From the human T2T-CHM13v2.0 reference genome, Homo sapiens: DNA of 64,000 bases. The position numbers were made by a program, and so were the translations under genes. This document shows positions 52,701-64,000 of this stretch, piece after piece. A model generated the notes under the pieces. The model made no database searches and was not told the DNA's origin. It saw only the letters and a program-made list of their open reading frames with translations. The stretch's first letter is position 1. Every line of letters begins with the position of its first letter. The stretch is from NCBI RefSeq assembly GCF_009914755.1, contig NC_060925.1; one strand, given 5' to 3'.

Positions 52701-55700
52701 ACCCCCAGGTGAGCATCTGACAGCCTGGAACAGCACCCACACCCCCAGATGAACATCCGAGAGTCTGGAGCAGAACCCACACCACCAGGCGAGCATCTGA
52801 CAGCCTGGGTGGGCACCCACACCCCCAGGTGAGCATCTGATGGTCTGGAGCAGCACCCACACACACAGGTGAGCATCTGACAGCCTGGAACAGAACCCAC
52901 ACCCCCAGGTGAGCATCTGACAGACTGGAACAGCACCCACCCGCCCAGTTGAGCCTCTGACTGCCTGGAACAGCACGCGCACACCCAGGTGAGCATCTGA
53001 CAGCGTGGAACAGCACCCACACCCCCAGGTGAGCATTGGACAGCCTGGAGCAGCACCCAGAAGCCCAGGCGAGCATCCGACAGCCTGGAGCAGCATCCAC
53101 ACCCCCAGGTGAGCACCTGACATCGTGGAGCAGCAGCCCACACCCACAGGTGAGCATCTGACAGCCTGGAGGAGCACCCACACCCCCAGGTGAGCATCTG
53201 ACAGACTGGAACAGCACCCTGCACCCCCAGGTGAGCATCCGACAGCCTGGAGCAGCAACCACACCCCCAGGCGAGCATCTGACAGCCTGGAATGGCACCC
53301 ACACCCCCAGGTGAGCATCTGATGGTCTGGAGCAGCACCCACAACCAAAGGTGAGCATCGGAGAGTCTGGAGCAGCGCCCACACCCCCAGGCGAGCATCT
53401 GACAGCCTGGAGCAGTGCCCACACCCCCAGGTGAGCATGTGACAGCGTGGAGCATCACCCACAGCCCAAGGTGAGCATCTGACAACCTGGAGCAGCAACC
53501 ACACCCCCAGGCGAGTATCTGAACGCACGGAGCAGCACCAACACCCCTAGGGGAGCATCCGACAGCCTGGAGCAGCACCCACACCCCCAGGTGCGCATCT
53601 GATGGTCTGGAGCAGCACCCACACCCACAGGTGAGCATCTGACAGCCTGGAACAGAACCCACACCCCCAGGTGAACATCTGACAGACTGGAACAGCACCC
53701 ACATGCCCAGGTGAGCCTCTGACAGCCTGGAACAGCACCCTGCACCCCCAGGGGAGCATCTGACAGCCTGGAACAGCACACACACCCCCAGGTGAGCATC
53801 TGACAGCCTGGAACAGCACCCACACCCCCAGGCGAGCATCTGACAGCATGTAACAGCACCCACACCCCCAGGTGAGCATCTGACAGCCTGGAACACCAGC
53901 CTGCACCCCCAGGTGTGCACGTGACAGCCTGGAACAGCACCCACACCCCCAGGCGAGCATCTGATGGCCTGGAACAGCACCCACACCCCCAGGTGAGTAT
54001 CTGACGGCCTGGAATAGCACCCACACCCGCAGGTGAGCATCTGACATCGTGGAGCAGCACCCCACACCCACAAGTGAGCATCTGACAGCCTGGAGCAGCA
54101 CCCACACCCCAGGTGAGCATCTGACAGCCTGGAACAGCACCCTGCACCCCCAGGTGAGCATCCGACAGCCTGGAGCAGCATCCACACCCCCAGGCGAGCA
54201 TCTGACAGCCTGGAACAGCACCCACACCCCCAGGTGAGCATCTGATGGTCTGGAGCAGCACCCACAACCACAAGTGAGCATCGGAGAGTCTGGAGCAGCG
54301 CCCACAAACCCAGGCGAGCATCTGACAGCCTGGAGCAGTGCCCACGCCCCCAGGTGAGCATCTGACAGCATGGAGCAGCACCCACAGCCCAAGGTGAGCA
54401 TCTGATGGTCTGGAGCAGCACCCACACCCACAGGTGAGCATCCGACAGCCTGGAGCAGCACCCACACCCCCAGGTGAGCATCTGATGGTCTGGAGCAGCC
54501 CCCACAACCACAGGTGAGCATCGGAGAGTCTGGAGCAGTGCCCACACCCCCAGGCGAGCATCTGACAGCCTGGAGCAGTGCCCACACCACCAGGTGAGCA
54601 TCTGACAGCGTGGAGCAGCACCCACAGCCCAAGGTGAGCATCTGACAACCTGGAGCAGCACCTACACCCCCAGGCGAGCATGTGAACGCACGGAGCAGCA
54701 CCCACACCCCCAGGCGAGCATCTGACAGCCTGGAGCAGCACCCACACACCCAGGTGAGCATCTGACAGCCTGGAGCAGCACCCACACCACCAGGTGAGCA
54801 TCTGACAGCCTGGAAAAGCACCCTGCACCCCCAGGTGAGCATCTGACAGTCTGGAACAGCACCCATACGCCCAGATGAGCATCTGACAGCCTGGAACAGG
54901 ACCCTGCACCCCCAGGTGAGCATCTGACAGTCTGGAACAGCACCCACACACCCAGGCGAGCATCTGACAGCCTGGAACAGCACCCATACGCCCAGATGAG
55001 AATCTGACGGCCTGGAAAAGCACCCTGCACCCCCAGGTGCGCACCTGACAGCCTGGAACAGCACCCACACCCCCAGGCGAGCATCTGACGGCCTGGAACG
55101 GCACCCACACCCCCAGGTGAGCATCCGACATCCTGAAACAGCTCCCACACCCCCAGGTGAGCATCCGACAGCCTGGAGCAGCACCCACACCCCCAGGTGA
55201 GTATCTGACCGCAAGGAATGGCATCCTCACCTCCAGGTGAGCATCGGACAGCCTGGAGCAGCACCGACACCCCTAGGTGAGCATCTGACAGCCTGGAACA
55301 GCAACCACACCCCGGGGCGAGCATCTGACAGCCTGGAACAGCAACCACACCCCCAGGCAAGCATCTGACAGCCTGGAACAGAACCCTGCACCCGCGAGTG
55401 AGGATCAGACAGCCTGGATCAGCACCCACACTCCAGGTGAGCATCTGACAGCCTGAAGCAGCACCCACACCAACAGGTGAGCATCTGACAGCCTGGAACA
55501 GCACCCACACCCCCAGGTGAGCATCTGACAGCCTGGAACAGCTCTCACAACCCCAGGTGAGCATCTGACAGCCCGGAACAGCACGCTGCACCCCCAAGTG
55601 AGCACCTGACAGCCTGGAGCAGCAACCACACCCCCAGGTGAGCATCCAACAGCCTGGAACAGCACCGACACCCCCAGGTGAGCATCCGACAGCCTGGAGC

Positions 55701-58700
55701 AGCACCCACACCCCCAGGTGAGCATCTGATATCCTGGAACAGCACCCACACCCCCAGGTGAGCATCTGACAGGCTGGAGCAGCACGCACACCCCCAGTGA
55801 GCATCTGACAGCCTGCAACAGCTCTCACAACCCCAGGTTAGCATCTGACAGCCTGGAACAGCACGCTGCACCCCCAAGTGAGCATCTGACAGCCTGGAGC
55901 AGCAACCACACCCCCAGGTGAGCATCTGACAGCCTGGAACAGCACCCTGCACCCCCAGGTGAGCATCCGAAAGCCTGGAGCAGCACCCACACCCCCACGC
56001 GAGCATCTGACAGCCTGGAACGGCACCCACACACCCAGGTGAGCATCTGATGGTCTGGAGCAGCACCCACAACCACAGGTGAACATCGGAGAGTCTGGAG
56101 CAGCGCCCACACCCCCAGGCGAGCATCTGACAGCCTGGAGCAGTGCCCAAACCCCCAGGTGAGCATCTGACAGCGTGGAGCAGCACCCACAGCCCAAGGT
56201 GAGCATCTGACAACCAGGAGCAGCACCCACACCCCCAGGCGAGCATCTGAACGCACGGAGCAGCACCCACACCTCCCGGCGAGCATCCGACAGCCTGGAG
56301 CAGCACCCACACCCCCAGGTGCGCATCTGATGGTCTGGAGCAGCACCCACACACACAGGTGAGCATCTGAGAGCCTGGAACAGAACCCACACCCCCAGGT
56401 GAGCATCTGACAGACTGGAACAGCACCCACATGCCCAGGTGAGCCTCTGACAGCCTGGAACAGCACCCTGCACACCCAGGTGAGCATCTGACAGCCTGGA
56501 ACAGCACGCACACACCCAGGTGAGCATCTGAAAGCCTGGAAGAGCACCCACACCCCCAGGCGAGCATCTGACAGCATGCAACAGCACTCACACCCCCAGG
56601 TGAGCATCTGACAGCCTGGAACAGCACCCTGCACCCCCAGGTGCGCACGTGACAGCCTGGAACAGCACCCACACACCCAGGTGAGCATCTGACAGCCTGG
56701 AGCAGCACCCTGCATCCCCAGGTGAGCATCTGACAGCCTGGAACAGCACCCTGCACCCCCAGGTGAGCATCTGACACCCTGGAACACCACACACACCCCC
56801 AGGCGAGCATCTGACAACCTGCAACAGCACCCATACGCCCAGATGAGCATCTGACAGCCTGGAACAGCACCCTGCACCCCCAGGCGAGCATCTGACAGCC
56901 TGGAACAGCACCCATACGCCCAGATGAGCATCTGACAGCCTGGAACAGCACCCTACATCCCCAGGTGTGCACCTGACAGCCTGGAACAGCACCCACTCAC
57001 CCAGGGGAGCATCTGATGGCCTGGAATGGCACCCACACCCCCAGGTGAGCATCCGACATCCTGAAACAGCTCCCACAACCCCAGGTGAGCATCCGACAGC
57101 CTGGAGCAGCACCCATACCCCCAGGTGAGCATCTGACCGCATGGAATGGCATCCTCACCTCCAGGTGAGCATCCGACAGCCTGGAGCAGCACCCACACCC
57201 CCAGGTGAGCATCTGACAGCCTGGAATAGCAACCACACCCCCAGGCGAGCATCTGACAGCCGGGAACAGCACCCTGCACCCCCGGGTGAGGATCAGACAG
57301 CCTGGAGCAGCACCCACACTCCAGGTGAGCATCTGACAGCCTGAAGCAGCACCCACACCCCCAGGTGAGCATCTGACAGCCTGGAACAGCACCCTGCACC
57401 CCCAAGTGAACATCTGACAACCTGGAGCAGCAACCACACCCCCAGGTGAGCATCCGACAGCCTGGAACTGCACCCACACCCCCAGGTGTGCATCCGACAG
57501 CCTGGAGCAGCACCCACACCCCCAGGTGAGCATCTGACAGCCTGGAACAGCACCCACACCCCCAGGTGAGCATCCGACAGCCTGGAGCAGCACCCACACC
57601 CCCAGGTGAGGATCTGACAGCCTGGAACAGCACCCACACCCCCAGGTGAGCATCCGACAGCCTGGAGCAGCACCCACACACCCAGGCGAGCATCTGACAG
57701 CCTGGAACAGCACCCACCCCCCCAGGTGAGCATCTGATATCCTGGAACAGGACCCACACCCCCAGGTGATTATCTGACAGGCTGGAGCAGCACGCACACC
57801 CCCAGGTGAGCATCTGACAGCCTGGAACAGCACCCACACCCCCAGATGAACATCCGACAGTCTGGAGCAGAACCCACACCACCAGGCGAGCATCTGACAG
57901 CCTGGGTGGGCACCCACACCCCCAGGTGAGCATCTGATGGTCTGGAGCAGCACCCACACACACAGGTGAGCATCTGACAGCCTGGACAGAATCCACACCC
58001 CCAGGTGAGCATCTGACAGACTGGAACAGCACCCACCCACCCAGTTGAGCCTCTGACTGCCTGGAACAGCACGCGCACACCCAGGTGAGCATCTGACAGC
58101 GTGGAACAGCACCCACACACCCAGGCGAGCATCTGACAGAATGTAACAGCACCCACACCCCCAGGTGAGCATCTGACAGCCTGGAACAGCACACTGCAGC
58201 CCCAGGTGCGCACATGACAGCTTGGAACAGCACCCACACCCCGAGGTGAGCATCTGACGGCCTGGAACGGCACCCACACCCCCAGGCGAGCATCGGACAG
58301 CCTGGAGCAGCACCCCACACCCCCAGGTGAGCATCCGACAGCCTGGAGGAGCACCCACACCCCCAGGTGAGCATGTGACAACCTGGAACAGCACCCACAC
58401 CCCCAGGCGAGCATCTGACAGCCTGGAGCAGCACCCACACCCCCAGGTGAGCATCTGACGGTCTGGAGGAGCACCAACAACCACAGGTGAGCATCGGAGA
58501 GTCTGGAGCAGCACCCACAGCCCAAGGTGAGAATCTGACAACCTGGAGCAGCAACCACACCCCCAGGTGAGCATCTGACCTCCCCGAGCAGCACCCATAC
58601 CCCCAAGCGAGCATCTGAACTCATGGAGCAGCACCCACACCCCCAGGCGAGCATCTGACCGAGCGGAGCAGCACCCACAACCCCAGGCGAGCATCTGACA

Positions 58701-61700
58701 CCCTGGAACAGCACCCACAACCCCAGGAGAGCATCTGACAGCCCGCAGCAGCACCCACACGCACAGGTGAGAATCTGACAGCCTGGAGCAGCACCCACAC
58801 CCCCAGGGGAGCATCTGACCGCATGGAGCAGCACCCACACCCCCAGGGGAGCATCTGACATCCTGGAGCAGCACCGACAACCCCAGGTGAGCATCTGAGA
58901 GCCTGGAACAGCACCCACACCCCCAGGTGAGAATCTGACAGCCTGGAAGAGCACTCCACATCCCAGGGTGACCATCTGACAGTCTGGAACAGCACCCACA
59001 CCCCCAGGTGAGCATCCGATAGCCTGGAGCAGCACCCACACCCTCAGGTGAGCATCTGACGGCCTGGAACAGAACCCACACGCCCAGGTGAGCATCCGAC
59101 AGCCTGGAGCAGCACCCACATCCCCAGGTGAGCATCCGACAGCCTGGAGCAGCACCCACACCCCCAGGTGAGCATCTGACAGCCTGGAAAAGCACCCTGC
59201 ACCCCCAGGTGAGCATCTGACAGTCTGGAACAGCACACACACCCCCAGGCGAGCATCTGACAACCTGGAACAGCACCCATACGCCCAGGTGAGCATCTGA
59301 CAGTCTGGAACAGCACCCACACCCCCAGGCGAGCATCTGACAGCCTGGAACAGCACCCATAAGCCCAGATGAGAATCTGACGGCCTGGAAAAGCACCCTG
59401 CACCCCCAGGTGCGCACCTGACAGCCTGGAACAGCACCCACACCCCCAGGCGAGCATCTGACGGCCTGGAACGGCACCCACACCCCCAGGTGAGCATCCG
59501 ACATCCTGAAACAGCTCCCACACCCCCAGATGAGCATCCGACAGCCTGGAGCAGCACCCACACCCCCAGGTGAGCATCTGACCGCATGGAATGGCATCCT
59601 CACCTCCAGGTGAGCATCCAACAGCCTGAGCCACACCCACACCCCCAGGTGAGCATCCGACAGCCTGGAGCAGCACCCACAACCCTAGGTGAGCATCTGA
59701 CCGCATGGAATGGCATCCTCACCTCCAGGTGAGCATCCGACAGCCGGGAGCAGCACCCACACCCCCAGGTGAGCATCTGACAGCCTGGAACAGCAACCAC
59801 ACCCCCTGGCGAGCATCTGACAGCCTGGAAAAGCACCCTGCACCGCCGGGTGAGGATCAGACAGCCTGGAGCAGCACCCACACTCCAGGTGTGCATCTGA
59901 CAGCCTGAAGCAGCACCCACACCAACAGCTGAGCATCTGACAGCCTGGAACAGCACCCACACCCCCAGGTGAGCATCTGACAGGGTGGAACAGGACCCTG
60001 CACCCCCAAGTGAGCATCTGACAACCTGGAGCAGCAACCACACCCCCAGGTGAGCATAGAACAGCCTGGAACAGCACCCACACCCCCAGGTGAGCATCCG
60101 ACAGCCTGGAGCAGCACCCACATCCCCAGGTGAGCATCCAACAGCCTGGAACAGCACCCACACCCCCAGGTGAGCATCCGACAGCCTGGAGCAGCACCCA
60201 CAGCCCCAGGCAAGCATCTGACAGCCTGGAATAGCACCCACACCCCCAGGTGAGCATCTGATATCCTAGAACAGCACCCATGCCCCCAGGTGAGCATCTG
60301 ACAGCCCGGAGCAGCACGCACACCCCCATGTGAGCATCTGATAGCCTGGAACAGCACCCACAACCCCAGGTGAGCATCCGACAGCCTGGAGCAGAACCCA
60401 CAGCCCCAGGCGAGCATCTGACAGCCTGGGTCGGCATCCACACCCCCAGGTGAGCATCTGACAGCCTGGAACAGCACCCTGCACCCTCAGGTGCGCACGG
60501 GACAGCCTGGAACAGCACCCACACCCCCAGGCGAGCATCTGACGGCCTGGAACGGCACCCACACCACGAGGCGAGCATCGGACAGCCTGGAGCAGCAGCC
60601 ACACCCCCATGTGAGCATCTGACAGCCTGGAACAGCACCCTGCATCCCCAGGTGAGCATCTGACGGCCTGGAACAGCACCCACACCCCCAGGTGAGCATC
60701 CGACAGCCTGGAGCAGAACCCGCACCCCTAGATTAGCATATGACCGCATGGAATGGCATCATCACCTCCAGGTGAGCATGGGACAGCCTGGAGCAGCACC
60801 CACACCCCCAGGTGAGCATCTGACAGCCTGGAACATCTCTCACAACCCCAGGTGAGCATCTGACAGGCTGGAACAGCACGCTGCACCCCCAAGTGAGCAT
60901 CTGACAGCCTGGAGCAGCAACCACACCCCCAGGTGAGCATCCAACAGCCTGGAACAGCACCGACACACCCAGGTGAGCATCCGACAGCCTGGAGTAGCAC
61001 CCAAACCCCCAGGTGAGCGTCTGACCGCATGGAATGGCATCCTCACCTCCAGTTGAGCATCCGACAGCCTGGAGCAGCACACACACCCCCAGGTGAGCGT
61101 CTGACAGCCTGGAATAGCAACCACACCCCCAGGCGAGCATCTGACAGCCGGGAACAGCACCCTGCACCCCCGGGTGAGGATCAGACAGCCTGGAGCAGCA
61201 CCCACACTCCAGGTGAGCATCTGACAGCCTGAAGCAGCACCCACACAACAGGTGAGCATCTGACAGCCTGGAACAGCACCCACACCCCCAGGTGAGCATC
61301 TGACGGCCTGGAACAGCACCCACACCCCCAGGTGAGCATCCGACAGCCTGGAGCAGCACCCACACCCCTAGATTAGCATATGACTGCATGGAATGGGATC
61401 CGCACCTTCAGGTGAGCATCGGACAGCCTGGAGCAGCACCCACACCCCCAGGTGAGCATCTGACAGCCTGGAACAGCAACCACACCCCCAGGCGAGCATC
61501 TGACAGCCTGGAACAGCACCCTGCACCCCCGAGTGAGGATCAGAGAGCCTGGAGCAGCACCCACACTCCAGGTGAGCATCTGACAGCCTGAAGCAGCACC
61601 CACACAACAGGTGAGCATCTGACAGCCTGGAACAGCACCCACACCCCCAGGTGAGCATCTGACGGCCTGGAACAGCACCCACACCCCCAGGTGAGCATCC

Positions 61701-64000
61701 GACAGCCTGGAGCAGCACCCACACCCCTAGATTAGTATATGACCGCATGGAATGGCATCCTCACCTCCAGGTGAGCATCGGACAGCCTGGAGCAGCACCC
61801 ACACACCCAGGTGAGCATCTGATAGCCTGGAACAGCAACCACACCCCCAGACGAGCATCTGACAGCCTGGAACAGCACCCTACACCCCCGAGTGAGGATC
61901 AGACAGCCTGGAGCAGCACCCACACTCCAGGTGAGCATCTGACAGCCTGAAGCAGCACCCACACAACAGGTGAGCATCTGACAGCCTGGAACAGCACCCA
62001 CACCCCCAGGTGAGCATCTGACGGCCTGGAACAGCACCCACACCCCCAGGTGAGCATCCGACAGCCTGTAGCAGCACCCACACCCCTAGATTAGCATATG
62101 ACCGCATGGAATGGCATCCTCACCTCCAGGTGAGCATCCGACAGCCTGGAGCAGCACCCACACACCCAGGGGAGCATCTGATAGCCTGGAACAGCAACCA
62201 CACCCCCAGGCGAGCATCTGACAGCCTGGAACAGCACCCTGCACCCCCGAGTGAGGATCAGACAGCCTGGAGCAGCACCCACACTCCAGGTGAGCATCTG
62301 ACAGCCTGAAGCAGCACCCACATCAACAGGTGAGCATCTGACAGCCTGGAACAGAACCCACACCCCCAGGTGAGCATCTGACAGCCTGGAACAGCTCTCA
62401 CAACCCCAGGAGAGCATCTGACAGGCTGGAACAGCATGCTGCACCCCCAAGTGAGCATCTGACAGCGTGGAGCAGCAACCACACCCCCAGGTGAGCATCC
62501 AACAGCCTGGAACAGCACCGACACACCCAGGTGAGCATCCGACAGCCTGGAGCAGCACCCACACCCCCAGGTGAGCATCTGACCGCATGGAATGGCATCC
62601 TCACCTCCAGTGGAGCATCCAACAGCCTGGAGCAGCACCCACACACCCAGGCGAGCATCTGACAGTCTGGAACAGCACCCACACCCCCAGGTGAGCATCT
62701 GATATCCTGGAACAGCACCCACACCCCCAGGTGAGCATCTGACAGGCTGGAGCAGCACGCACACCCAGAGGTGAGCATCTGACAGCCTGGAACAGCACCC
62801 ACACCCCCAGGTGAACATCCGACAGCCTGGAGCAGAACCCACACCACCAGGCGAGCATCTGACAGCCTGGGTCGGCACCCACACCCCCAGGTGAGCATCT
62901 GACAGTCTGGAGCAGCACCCACACCCACAGGGGAGCATCTGACAGCCTGGAACAGAACCCACACCCCCAGGTGAGCATCTGACAGACTGGAACAGCACCC
63001 CCACGCCCAGGTGAGCCTCTGACAGCCTGGATCAGCACCCTGTAGCCCCAGGTGTGCACGTGACAGCCTGGAACAGCACCGACACCCCCAGGCGACCATC
63101 TGACAGCCTGGAACAGCACCCAAACACCCAGGTGAGCATTGGACAGCCTGGAGCAGCACCCACAACCCCAGGCGAGCAACCGACAGCCTGGAGCAGCACC
63201 CACACCGACAGGTGAGCATCTGACATCGTGGAGCAGCACCCCACACCCACAGGTGCGCACCTGACAGCCTGGAGCAGCACGCACACCCCAGGTGAGCATC
63301 TGACAACCTGGAACAGCACCCTGCACCCCCAGGTGAGCATCCGACAGCCTGGAGCAGCACCCATACCCACAGGCGAGCATCCGACAACCTGGAGCAGCAC
63401 CCACACCCCCAGGTGAGCATCTGATGGTCTGGAGCAGCACCCACAAACACAGGTGAGCATCGGAGCGTCTGGAGCAGCGCCCACAGCCCCAGGCGAGCAT
63501 CTGACAGACTGGAGCAGTGCCCAAACCCCCAGGTGAGCATCTGACAGCATGGAGCAGCACCCATAGCCCAAGGTGAGCATCTGACAACCTGGAGCAGCAC
63601 CCACACCCCGAGGCGAGCATGTGTACGCACGGAGGAGCACCCACACCCCCAGGCGAGCATCCGACAGCCTGGAGCAGCACCCACACCCCCAGGTGCGCGT
63701 CTGATGGTCTGGAGCAGCACCCACACCCACAGGTGAGCATCTGACAGCCTGGAACAGAAACCACACCCCCAGGTGAGCATATGACAGAGTGGAACAGCAC
63801 CCACATGCCCAGGTGAGCCTCTGACAGCCTGGAACAGCACCCTGCACCCCCAGGTGAGCATCTGACAGCCTGGAACAGCACGCACACCCCCAGGTGAGCA
63901 TCTGACAGCCTTGAACAGCAACCACACGCCCAGGCGAGCATCTGACAGCATGTAACAGCACCCACACCCCCAGGTGAGCATCTGACAGCCTGGAACAGCA
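43800..64000. repeat. Giant 40-bp tandem repeat in a TTC34 intron, consistent with the D1Z2 midisatellite; runs off the window end
   Basis: Unit CCCCCAGGTGAGCATCTGACAGCCTGGA(A/G)CAGCACCCACA with 39- and 41-bp variants; roughly 500 units by length. Degenerate from 43.8 to 47.2 kb, more homogeneous afterwards. The D1Z2 name rests on known location and unit size. Confidence 0.97.
44790..45055 (-). mobile_element. AluS-type element inserted into the degenerate edge of the 40-bp array
   Basis: Reverse Alu with small deletions, flanked by TGAGCATCTGATGGTTT and TGATCATCTGACAGTTT (decayed TSD made of array sequence). Confidence 0.92.

Noticed and set aside
47121-63981. Long Cys-rich ORFs (up to 969 aa) as a bona fide keratin-associated or metallothionein-like gene
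   Set aside because: All three frames are open at once and give the same peptide. This follows from a stop-free 40-bp unit, and there is no unique N- or C-terminus or codon-preserving periodicity.
43800-64000. CRISPR-like repeat-spacer array
   Set aside because: Units are contiguous with no unique spacers, there are no cas genes, and the context is a primate intron.

Overview
Human (primate) genomic DNA that I recognise as the 1p36.3 MMEL1-TTC34 locus. The minus strand carries the 5' half of MMEL1 (neprilysin-2): a probable non-coding exon 1 and coding exons 2-9, all with GT-AG boundaries that join in frame. It also carries the last three coding exons of TTC34 (TPR protein). The middle of the window is dense with Alu, old L1, MaLR/ERV1/ERVL LTR and DNA-transposon relics, and has two CpG islands. 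From ~43.8 kb to the window end lies roughly 500 copies of a 40-bp tandem unit inside a TTC34 intron, consistent with the D1Z2 midisatellite. The array has a degenerate Alu-interrupted edge, a 41-bp homogeneous block, a ~5.1-kb higher-order duplication and a 359-bp (9-unit) higher-order repeat. I found no convincing new gene system, and the long ORFs in the array follow from a unit that is stop-free on one strand. The most interesting unexplained signals are the array's layered architecture and motif content, a 65-bp element duplicated upstream of two consecutive MMEL1 acceptors, a candidate spliced antisense RNA, and an intronic CpG island with an X-box. Repeat subfamily names come from remembered consensus sequences and need RepeatMasker/Dfam confirmation.
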